DNA of 63,966 nucleotides, filler included, from Octopus bimaculoides (lineage: Eukaryota): the NCBI RefSeq assembly GCF_001194135.2. It is 6 parts of 6 records of this genome, joined end to end, with 100 filler letters (N's around TTAATTAATTAA, not from the genome) between each part and the next. Parts side by side here need not be neighbours in the genome. Positions count along the whole stretch, not along the records: positions 1 to 28,175 come from NC_068987.1; 5 more parts are not named here. The stretch is one strand, 5' to 3'. The translations under genes and the position numbers were made by a program. The notes under the pieces are model-generated. The model searched no databases. It had not been told where the DNA came from and saw only the letters and a list, made by a program, of their open reading frames with translations. Below are positions 1 to 11,725 of this stretch, in pieces. Every line of letters starts with the position of its first letter. Within the stretch, counting starts at the first letter, position 1.

Positions 1-120
1 AACGGTTTCGTCGCTCTGCCTGCATCTCGGACAGGTCGGCCCCGTGTTTCTCGAGTCATGCCTGTAGAGCTTATCCCGAACGGGTAGTGCTTCTCGATAG
101 CACTGCCAGGCCAGGGAGAT

Positions 121-133
121 GGATAGATAGATG

Positions 134-202
<69 letters not shown>

Positions 203-205
203 GTA
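121..205. repeat. (GATA)n microsatellite
   Basis: Direct tandem gata run. Confidence 0.97.
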
Positions 206-602
206 GATAAAGACGGACGATAGAGTAGAAACTAAGCTAGACGAATAATGATGCATCTCGTATCGCTATAGTGGCCGATAATTTTAACTCGCAAACACGA
301 TTTTACTTCAGTCTTAGCGTACGATTGACCGAGGCCTTGTGTATTAAATTTGACAGGCTTTAACTGCGTAGAATTTCATGAAAGAGTTTTTGTTCCCTCT
401 TTTGTTTGGAAGACTTAGTGGCTTGTGCAGTTTAAAACCACCATCTTGTTCACGGATATGTTTAGCCGAATTTATTCTATAGCATGTATTGTAGCCATTT
501 TGCCGACTTTAAATTAATTCATTTCATTCTTGTCTCAAGTGGACGCCCTGACAAAAGTCACGAATGTTTCTGTTTCCCTTCTGACAGTTTCAAGAGCAAA
601 AT

Positions 603-649
603 ACTATATATATATATATATATATATATAGAAAGAGAGACAGAGAGAC

Positions 650-694
<45 letters not shown>

Positions 695-705
695 GAGAGA
701 GAGAT
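603..705. repeat. Compound (TA)n/(GA)n microsatellite
   Basis: TA run followed by GA run. Confidence 0.95.
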
Positions 706-2299
706 TAATATTTCTAAGTCTCTCTAAAGGAGACTACGGCAGCGGTACTGGATATTAATAATTATCGCCAAGCCAACATGGCAGTACCAAATATTGGACG
801 AATGCTGCCGTGGATTAGCTCCAAGAGGCCATCGCCTCTAGCTAGCTATGTGACACACGAATCTGTGTCCTTTATAACCTTCGAACAGGGGAGGTCAGCA
901 GCTTCCCCTTGTTGGTTTGGCATCTTCAGACTAGACTAGTTTCAGAGTGTTGCCCCTTGTCAATGCAGAGCAGCCGAAGCCAGCAGGCGTCGCTACTGAC
1001 TATCTTTCAAAATAGGAAAGATTTCACATGTCAGTTGCCAGTGACAGGTCAATGAGATCACAAATAGGTCAACAAGTTTGTATAGCAACTAAATTCCATT
1101 TATGATACATGATGGAGAGTCCAGTGGTATTTCATTATGCTTTAGATACGTCTAAATCTTTAAATCTTTGGCTGCTGGTTGATCAATTGTCATCCTCATG
1201 AACGATACTGAGCCAGACACACCTGCCCACGCAGTCTCATTTGACTGTGACCAGAATGGGGTATCATCTTGAAGGGTTTTAATCAAACAAATCGACCCCA
1301 GGACTTATCTTTTTAAAGCTTTACTTTATGCTTGTCAGTTTGGAAGAAAATTCTCCCTTTTCTCAAGAGGAGGTGGTCATAATTTTCAATTGGTAATTAT
1401 GATACATCCCCTGAAGTCGGAGATAACTTTAACACAATAAGAATTTTTGTCGTAAAGTATTTCAGATGCCGATATTTATCTATAATCTGCGTAAGTACAT
1501 GCAGATTCATGTGGTTAATAAAGTCTTGAAATTAAATGTGAGCTATGATCAATTAATTGCATATTAAGCATAATGTTTAACGATACGTAAATTATTTTAA
1601 TTCCTATACAATTCGATGATCGTGTGTATATATATATATCACCGACTCCTTCACCAGCACTTCTACTAATGTCATCTACTGCATCTCCTGCTCTTTCGGC
1701 GCTTCTCTAAACCACGTCCCCTCCACATCCCAAAACCATCACACCACACCACACACCACACCACACACCACTACACCATATCACACAACAACATATCACA
1801 TCATATCACACCACCACGCACACACTAGCACTGACCACTTCGCTGCCCCACGTCCACACACCTACACATACACACACACACACGTCAAGGTCACCAGCCC
1901 TCTTCCACACGCACATACATGCTCTTTTATACAAACACATTCGCACCTTCGTTTTCGGATCACCACAACTTTATTATCTCCCCTTCTTCCTAGCTCTCTT
2001 GTATGACCCCTCTCTTGTATGACCCCTAACTACTTTATTTATATAAAAACTTTAGCTAATGATTTTTTATTTATTTNNNNNNNNNNNNNNNNNNNNNNNN
2101 NNNNNNNNNNNNNNNNNNNNNNNNNNNNNNNNNNNNNNNNNNNNNNNNNNNNNNNNNNNNNNNNNNNNNNNNNNNNTATATATATATGGTTATTTATACA
2201 TACATACATGCATACATATATACATACATACATATATATTTACATGATGTCATGATGTTCACAAGAGCATAAATCATGAAAATCTACATACTGATAACT

Positions 2300-3030
2300 G
2301 ACTTAGGATAACGAACAACGTGTCCCCACTATGCGAATCCTATGAAACAAAGGAGTGTACAGAACTTCATGCACCGCATGCAGTTCTTTGGATATGACCA
2401 GAAAGATAGGGTTCAAGTATACAGGGGAGCTAGAAAGAAGTTAGATTGCATTATATGTAATGAAATCAGTAGTACCTGCCCTAGATACAGAAGTAAAGAC
2501 TGGAATAGAATACAGAGATTTTGTAACAAAACAAACACTGTGAGCACATGGGACAAGACCGACAAATATCAAGCTGTGATGGTTGTAGGGGCCACAGCCC
2601 ATAGACAACTAGCCCGAAGATTTAGGAAACCTCTGAAGGAAGCCAGATTCAACATCAAGATCGTTTAAAGGCCAGCGAGCTCTATCCGATCACAATTATA
2701 TAAGACGTACCCCTTTGAGAAGACCACATGCATCTGTGAAAATTGCATGGCATGTAAGATTAACTCAGGCATTAAGAGTAGAACTGGGAATGTAGTCTAC
2801 AACATGAGTGCAAGAGCACTCCATACATTAGTGAGGCACCTAGAAGCATTGCGGAGAGACTAAATGAACATTTAAGACAACATGGCGACCAAAAAACAGT
2901 CCTCCAAACTCTACCAACATGCCAAAGAACAGCATGAGAGCTCACTGGGTTGACTTGACATCCGCAGTTTATCCAAGCACCCGAAAGGACCCAACACTCA
3001 GAAAAATACAGGAGTACGTCCTCATAAATA
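2300..3030 (+). mobile_element. Penelope-like retroelement relic (RT C-terminus, Cys-rich linker, GIY-YIG endonuclease), frameshifted; Neptune-like
   Basis: ORF 2342-2668 continues after a stop into YPFEKTTCICENCMACKIN (Cys-rich linker) and NVVYNMS. After a frameshift it reads TPYISEAPRSIAERLNEH and LYQHAKEQH, matching the GIY-YIG layout VY...YIGET.R....R..EH. The linker cysteines suggest the Neptune group (inference). Confidence 0.8.
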
Positions 3031-4839
3031 AAACATCCCTAGTGCTAAATAAGAAAGATATATAGAAGGTAGTGATATCCCAATACCTACAGTATATACA
3101 TACACAGGTAGATCTGTTAGTAGGCTGTTATGCAGGCGTATATGTGTGTATGTGTGTATGTGTGTATGTGTGTGTGTGCATGTGTGCGTGTGTGAGTGTG
3201 TGTGTATGTGTGTGTGCGCGTGTGTGTGCGTAACTTTTCCTTTATTTTCATCGTAGAAGCAGATCTGCAGATATGGGAAAAATAACTCGCAGTCATACCG
3301 TAGCACCTGTTTATCTGTATACAGTGAAGTCAAAGATTTGAAAATTGAGAATAATTCAAGAATAGAAAAATATCAGGTTTCCAATTACTATGTAACGAAA
3401 AAGAAAAATTCCTGTAGACGTTTTATGAAGTTGACTGAATAACGGAGTAATTCATGTTATCGAATATTATTTATTTACGTGGTGTCCATGAATGAAAGTT
3501 CTTTCATCGACACACTAGTAAAAATAGATAATGCCACTATGGTAAAAAAAGAAGAGAAAATAAACATAATTTTACTAAGAAAAGGACAGAAAATGTGATA
3601 TTGCGAATTGATATATTTTTATTTGTTTTGAATATGCTCAGTATTTTAGACCAACTGAAAAGAATTTGTCTTGCGAAGATGCAATTTTGTTTGTTGTGTC
3701 TTCGAACGAAGTATATCTCGGAATAGCTATTGCAGCTGCAATGGATGTGTCTGTGACTCAAAAGCGATTGTTTGTGCATGGTAACTTGTAGAAGCTTGAA
3801 ATAGTTGGTGAAGCTGGAATGACAATGGCTGTAATGCTGCTTCAATTGAGTGAATAGCAGTGCACCAGTTTTCATTATATTCTGTTTGAATAGAGACACA
3901 GAACAGTCCACTGCATCTTTTTGTGCAATAAACTCCAAATAGGTAAGAGTCACCTTTCATCTAAAATAGCATATCTAATCTATACAGGCTGTGGTCCATT
4001 GTTGGTCATTAGTTTTCTGCAGTAATCGCAATATCTGTCAATCATAGTATCAAGGAATTCGCCAGATCGATCTGAACTACGGCTCTTACAGACAAACAAT
4101 TTTGCAAGGAATGCTGTTACATTAGCGCCACATATTTCTTTACAGAAAAGTAGTTGTTTGTTGTTGGAACACCTTAAGAAAGAGGAAAGCTACACAACTA
4201 GAACTTCTTTGATCATAGGTCTGCTCTAGCAGAACTAAACTAAAACAACATGAAAAATAACCAAGAAAAATATTCAGCATGTATCAGCTATAAATAAAAA
4301 TGTATGCTGTTATAATACAAGAAAATATTTTGATTACTAAATATTGCTTGCTAAGAGAAAATTATTTCTTGGAGATATATTATTTAGAGAATATGGAGCT
4401 TCTTATTTTCTAGAATGCTATTTTCGGTATTACGATTTTCACTATTGATTCTGTTTAAGTAATCCTGTATAAGATTATCTAATGCTGTCCTTCATCTTTT
4501 AGGCTTGATTTGACAAAATCTACGAATAAATATTTTTGGAAAAAACATATACACAATCTTTATTATGACATTCGTGGAAAACTTAAGGTTTTCTAAAATA
4601 ATCTGAACGCTATAAATGCATAAATTTTGTAAAGGTAGGGAGGGCAATCGATTGCATGGAATTAATTGCTTGACTGGTACTTATTAGATCGATCCTCATG
4701 GAACTGAAAACACAATTGCCTCCGGTGGTATTTGATATCAGAAAGGGTATTGCAAATTCTTCCTCAATGATTTATCCGACGCTCATCTTATTCTGTTATT
4801 CACTATTCATTTATTTTTTTCCTTGTTTAACTTGAATCA

Positions 4840-5180
4840 GTCGTTCGGCTACAACCATGCTCGAGCATCGCTTTAAAGGGTTTTAGTCGAAGAAATTAAC
4901 CTATTGACTTATTCTTTGTAAGCCAACTACTTATTCTATCAATCCGCTTTGCCGAACTGTTAAGTTACGGGGACGTCAAGTGATGAGGGAGGAAACACAT
5001 ACACACACACATTTATATATATACGACAAGATTCTTTCAGTTACCGCTTACCAAATCCATTCACAAGACTTTGATCAGCCCGATGCTATAGGAGAAGACA
5101 CTTATCCAAGGTGTCACACGATAGGACTGTACCCGAAACCATATAGTTAGCAAGCAAGCTTCTTACGGCACACCCACGCA
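4840..5180 (-). mobile_element. tRNA-headed SINE, family S2, degenerate copy
   Basis: Shares blocks ccatgct..agcatcgc, taagttacggggacgt, ttcacaagactttgatcagcccga and gaagacacttatccaaggtg with copies at 31.5, 32.4, 33.7, 34.6 and 40.7 kb. Confidence 0.8.
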
Positions 5181-8043
5181 TATTTATTCAATTAAACTTT
5201 ATTTAATTAAAATTATTTTTAACATGGACATAATGTCACACAGACGTTGATCTTGGAAGAATCTTAGTCACAAGCTTAAAGGAACATAACCAAATACTAC
5301 AATTGATGATCCACATATTATCCCATCCAATATCCTTTAAGTAAAAAAATATAAACACTTTCTAGCAACTTAGACAATTTGTAGAGTCATTAGACCGTTA
5401 GAAAATATACCTCACCGTATTTTTCCAGATTTCTGTATGCTAAGCTCAAATCTCGCCATGGTCACATTTACCTTTAACAAATTCAAATTGATAAAGTACC
5501 AGTTCTGGGTTTTGCATTCGCAAAATTGTTTGTGATTAAAGTAATTATTTTTTGATATTGTTCCGGTAGTTTGCATTTTGAGATTTTCTTTCATTTCTTA
5601 CCACTAACCCTCCCGTAGAACGAAACTGGATTTACAGGACTCGGCTAAAGGGGCAGCTTCCTAATGTGTGATAGAACTTTGTAGCGATTTGAGCAACATC
5701 TCTGTCACATCAAAATCGCAACCTTATAATAAGATAAAATGTAGAAAACAAAACAAATGGTTTTCTAAGGGCACAAGACACACATTTTGGTGAGAAAGGA
5801 TATCATCGATAAAATGGACTGATGGAGATAGTATGTTTAATCGATCATTTCAATACCCTCAAAATATCGTCTCTAATATATAACTGCATATTTATTTAAT
5901 TAATCCCGTAAGAATAACTATGTTTACTGTTGTGGTAATTAAAATGAAACCTTAAAGCAACAAAACTGTGATAGGTATTTACTGGTTTACTCTCACTGTC
6001 AAAAAAAAAAAATTTTTTAATTGGATCATAAACGAAAATAATCTTTTCAAGTCCAGGGAACATCATTAAGATAGAGGATATTTTATGATGAGTTCAAGCC
6101 ATTATAAACTTTCGATTTCAGATTAAGAATATTTCAATTCACTTCACCCGCCAATACCCCTATATTGGATGCAGACGATTGAAATTGCTTTTTCATAATA
6201 AATGTTTCTGTCTGTACCATCAGAAAAAACAAATTTCACTCTTTTGATTACGAGTCCCGCTTAAAAGGATTTCAGAGTTTATTTGCTACGAACATGACAC
6301 AAACAAACCCAATAATATAGTATTCAGGAGCGTAGTGTGTGTTGGTAAATAATTTAGGGATTTCGCTCACTGGCAGAGGGCCACTACAATGAATAATTGA
6401 ACAGACACTTGTGCGGCTGTGGCAATTATATTTTCGCCGTGGAAGGGTAAGAAAGCAATCAAATTTGGTGTGATTTAAATAGAAAATATACATGGATCTA
6501 AATTAAGCACCATAAGGATTTCTCTGACTCTTTACTGTCTATATCAATCCACCAAACATAATTCTCTGAATAATAATAATTATGATAATACGAAGGATTT
6601 CAAATTTTGCACCAAGCCAGCAATTTTAAAGTGGGTGTGCGTAGTCTGTTCCATCGTCCCAGTGTCCACTGGTATTTATCTATCCGACCACCGGAAGTGT
6701 AAAGATATAGTTAACCTTGGTGATATTTTATCTCAGAGCATAACTAAAATATTCATACCCTGATGAAAATATCCCATCCATTTCCAAATTTACATCAATT
6801 ATAAATAGTTGTTATTTATGTTATTGCAAGTGATATTAATAGATTCGAGAATAGTGCATTTAGCTGCTAGTATTCTTTCTGAAACTCGAAGTAGTATGTT
6901 AGAGCATTGGATAGCTGAATCATGGTGGATGTGTGTAGTGGATAGCATAAGAATACCTGACAAAATACACCGAGATGTTTAGCATTGTTCAATTTCTTCT
7001 CTTCACATTTTGAATGAAAAATCACACTGAATTTCTCATTACATACCTTCATTTGATAACGTAAGTACCCCTCAAATACTGATGCAGGTTTAATCAACTA
7101 TGTTGTGAGATTTTGTGACAATATAAAAATCAATATGATAGCGGTTTAGTAACTTGATGCTAACAATACGGATGTTTTTTCGGTTTCTATTTTTGTTTCT
7201 CTATGAAAATGAGAACTACATCTCGACTGACATCAATCATGTCATTCTTAATCTATATGAAATTGGGAGCTATTGCTTCACATACAAATGAGTTTCCTGC
7301 AGATTATTGTCATAATGGTTTCTTACTGGTATTAAGCCCGAGGGAGCAAACTGTAACTACAATCATGTTCCATACTGAATGTAATATAAATACTGATATT
7401 AGTGTCGAACAAATATAAGAGAAAATAACTTAGTAATATTTTTGAATCACGACATATTTGATTATTATTTATTCTTTCTAGATTAAAAAGCACAGTGTAC
7501 ATAGCCTTTAGATATGTTACCGAGTGAACGACAGTTTTCCACAGTTAGGGAAACCTGTTTCTTGTAGAAAATTTCTTTTCGATAAATTAATATTGCACGT
7601 CAAAGGCATAACGACGATATATATATGTATATATATATATATATATANNNNNNNNNNNNNNNNNNNNNNNNNNNNNNNNNNNNNNNNNNNNNNNNNNNNN
7701 NNNNNNNNNNNNNNNNNNNNNNNNNNNNNNNNNNNNNNNNNNNNNNNNNNNNNNNNNNNNNNNNNNNNNNNNNNNNNNNNNNNNNNNNNNNNNNNNNNNN
7801 NNNNNNNNNNNNNNNNNNNNNNNNNNNNNNNNNNNNNNNNNNNNNNNNNNNNNNNNNNNNNNNNNNNNNNNNNNNNNNNNNNNNNNNNNNNNNNNNNNNN
7901 NNNNNNNNNNNNNNNNNNNNNNNNNNNNNNNNNNNNNNNNNNNNNNNNNNNNNNNNNNNNNNNNNNNNNNNNNNNNNNNNNNNNNNNNNNNNNNNNNNNN
8001 NNNNNNNNNNNNNNNNNNNNNNNNNNNNNNNNNNNNNNNNNNN

Positions 8044-8079
<36 letters not shown>

Positions 8080-9044
8080 GAGGAGAGAAAAATTGCAAGA
8101 TTAAGCGATAAATACATAGATGTATATTGAGATTGCCTGGAAATTAGGGAGCCAGTAAATATACCCAAAGAGAGATTTATGTTTTGAATGCTGATATGTT
8201 TCTACATCTAAATTCCAAGACAGTTTTCGACGCTAATGCTCCTGTCCAATACATTTATTATTAAGTATTCAATACGTGAATGTTATATCTGCAGTAGCGT
8301 ACTCTAAAAAATATAACCCAATTGACATCAACAAAGTTACACTGAAATTTCTCTTGGGATAATTATCTGCAGTAGACTTACTTCATTTATAATATTCAAG
8401 TTGGATAGTAAAATAAATAAGGAAACAAAATTATAAGACAGATAATAGAATATTATCGTAAATACTTATGTGTCTAGAGATAATTTCGAAGCTAGCGCAT
8501 ACAATAAAATTTACAAACTAATAGCTGCATATCTTCTTATTTCCTTTTCTATCCTATAAATTCTGTTCAGGCGGAATAAAAGACAATAAAACTTAAATAA
8601 TCTTCTTTCATATTCATCAGGATTCACAAAAGGAAAATATTGGTATATAATTTTTCCCTTTGTCACTTCCTTTGCTTTGTTGAAGAGGAAATATTTATTG
8701 AAAGAATTAAACTAACTAGAAACCATTAAAAAAAAATACGATACATACTTATTCTTCTTTTAGTGATAATCAGTATATTTACTTGTTTAAAAGGGTGTTA
8801 TATATTACTATACAACTAACCAGCAAATAGACAATACAACCATACACAAAAACATATACAGAGGCACGAATGCACGCACGCACATATATATATAAATATA
8901 TATAATTTATATAAGGGTATTAACAATATAGTAATGCCTCACGCTTAGAGAGACTAAATTAGTCAAAAACTACCCAAAAATAAGCACATATTTACCGAAA
9001 GCGAGGGAAATGCAACTTTCAAAAATTAACCTCCTAAAAACATT

Positions 9045-9048
<4 letters not shown>

Positions 9049-9119
<71 letters not shown>
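9049..9119. repeat. (TA)n microsatellite
   Basis: Perfect TA run. Confidence 0.97.
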
Positions 9120-9120
<1 letters not shown>

Positions 9121-9123
<3 letters not shown>

Positions 9124-9197
9124 AACGAGTAACCAACTTCTTGATGGATTTCCATAATCTTATCTACTTAACAAAGTACGAGTTCCATACACATTAT
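9121..9197. repeat. ~77-bp dispersed repeat, second copy at 14500-14576
   Basis: agaaacgagtaaccaacttcttgatggat.tccataatcttatctacttaa.aaagtacgag.tccatacacatta occurs at both sites with about 3 mismatches. Confidence 0.85.
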
Positions 9198-11381
9198 ATA
9201 TATATATATATATATACTTTTTTTATTTTTCCTGTATATGTAGTCCGTAGGCGTGCATGTGTTTCTGTGGGTGTATTTACTTATGTATGCAAAGCTGTGA
9301 AATCATTAGAGGGTCGAATAAATTTTCACGTCGTAGTTATTTCAGCTATTTGCGTTCTGAATTCTCATCCAGTCTAGACCAACTTTGTTTTCATCTTTCC
9401 CGGATCAATAGAATAATACTGGGGGCGATTTTAAACGATTGGTCGATCGTTTTTCTCCTCCAAAACATATGGTCTCTTAGTATAAACAACACAGAATAGT
9501 ACTTAAATAGATGGGAACTTACATTCCGCCCTCTTCATTCAAGTCTAGCGTCAGTGTAGATTAAGTTTAAGAATAATCCTTATCAACCTGTTAGGAAGGT
9601 AGAAAGACTGCTAAATACTGGTGGGCTTCAGTTTTATATTTATATGGAGTTCAGAGTACCGATTACAGAATAATGAAAGTAAAAATACATCTATACTGAT
9701 GTATACTTTACTGCTTCACAGCAATGGACTGTTACTGAACACCAGCCTTTGATGCAGAATCTATTCGGAATTTATGCACAATAAAGCGAAAAGACGGTGT
9801 CCCACTTGAAATAGTGTTTATTTCGGGTTAAGAGTTTTTATGATCAGCAGTTACCAGCGCAATTTCGAGAAAGAACTGAAGAAAAGTTCATGTTACTTAC
9901 GTTAGTGAGCAGTAACTAAAGTACTCATGTAGTATATTGAAGAAACAGAATGCCAATGGAAATATGTGTAAATGGAACACCCAAACTTCCCTTCTGCCTT
10001 GTGATATGGTTGAAGCGTTGAATTAACAAGAATTCAAAACATAGTGCTATAACGCTATCTCAGTCAATCATATCTTCCCGCAAATATTATTGCCAGGCAG
10101 CTTGTCGGAAAAATAATCGTTTAATATGGTTATATTTATGCAGGAAGGCAACGGGTACACAATTTGGACAGCTCCCCAGAGCTCAGTCTCGTGTTGGTGT
10201 GAACTGCACTTACATTGAATGGTGCATTTGTTTGTTAGGTGGCACAGTTCATTAGTGGATATTATAGTAGATATTATTGTGCCCGCTATTTATAATTTAA
10301 AGACCGGGATCCAACACCGTCACCAATACCTTAATGCACCATCCTATTGGATTATTTATAGGGATCAAAATAGTGGTTGTTAGCTAATCATGAGTGACGG
10401 TTCATCTTTGCGTATGTCGCTACTACGCATGAAGCATCCAAATGTTGCTGGGCGTTTATCTTGGTTAAAACAGAAAACAGGATAAATACAATTTCCCAAG
10501 TATCCCCCTTAATATTACATTCTTCAATGGTTAATAAATGGATATTACTATGATACTGGAAGCACATTATACGCCTATTACTCTCCAATTATAATACTCC
10601 TTTTTCGACAATTTAAATAATATTTATATTTGATAAGAGAATACTGCAAAATTTCTCCTGGGGATTTACTATTTACTATTAATCGCATTTGCAATATTTT
10701 AATGTGGAGAATTGATATTTATTGAAGAACAACTAAAACAAACATAGAAAGCTAACATATGTTAGTAGTACTTTCTCTTTGCTTCCTTCTCATCAATTTA
10801 TTTATTATTTTAATTATTCCAGATATAAACTAGATTATGAAGAGTAAAACTTTTACCAAATAATATTCATTTCTAAGATATACAATGGGTACAAATTCGA
10901 GAGATTTAGAATAATCAAATAAAAGAAAGTCTAAATCTTTCAAGGTTGTACCCCAGCATGACCGTGGTCAATTAACCGAAACGAAAGAATGAAGAAACTG
11001 AAAGTAAAAGATACTTTTTGTTTTCTTTTTAAATTCATAATGCACCTGGGGAAAAACATGTTGGTCAAACCGCGGCAAAGGTAGCAGACACTTGCAGATG
11101 CTGCTGGGCAGTGGGATCTCACAAAAACAACGTGGTTGAAACGTTAACTACTTACACATACGGTCTTAACTGTGCCTGTGATCTGTGTTTACTTAAGTGA
11201 CCAGGGATAAATGAAAAATAAAATTTGCGGCAATGAAGTGTGAACCCAAATAATAAAGTGGCATAACTAAGTATCATAACCAATTTTTCCTCAAACGTTA
11301 TTCTTTCATTATGCGATGCCATTTTTACNNNNNNNNNNAATTTTTCCTCAAACGTTATTATTTCATTATGCGATGCCATTT

Positions 11382-11419
<38 letters not shown>

Positions 11420-11554
11420 ATGTAATGGACTCATCCGTCAAAGACGACGTATGAGAGTTCTACTTTTGAACTACTTGCAGAAATGATTTGTAAATAGTGA
11501 TCAAATATATATATTGTACATTAGCTCACTCTTTCCATTAAATCGACGTTATCT

Positions 11555-11725
11555 GAACAGGTTTACCGTGTGCCGTGTACCAGGCGTCAGGTGTCGAAGA
11601 GATCGCAGAGCAACGTGAGATGAAGTGTTTTGCTCAAGAACACAATGCATCAGCCTATCTAGGAATTGAAGCCCCGATCTCTCTCCATCGTAAGTGTAGC
11701 ACTCTAACCACTAGGCCATGCGCCC
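11555..11725 (-). mobile_element. tRNA-headed SINE fragment (family related to 22000-22320)
   Basis: Minus strand reads gggcgcatggcctagtggttagagtg (A-box-like). The block gagcaacgtgagatgaagtgttttgctcaagaacaca is shared with 22230-22270. Confidence 0.7.

Noticed and set aside
1-110. GC-rich segment abutting (GATA)n with GAAAC near the window edge
   Set aside because: Truncated by the window start; no ribozyme core or ORF could be established.
6880-7381. Two minus-strand segments with good splice signals joining to WNMIVVTVCSLGLNTSILMLS...
   Set aside because: Such splice signals are expected by chance in AT-rich DNA, and there is no homology support.
10060-10240. IFPQILL...GNGYTIWTAPQSSVSCWC resembles the Cys-loop pre-loop region
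   Set aside because: Stops on both sides, no FPFD/second Cys, and opposite strand to the 13.6-kb candidate. Likely chance.
11282-11385. ~45-bp direct duplication either side of a 10-N gap
   Set aside because: Typical contig-overlap artefact.
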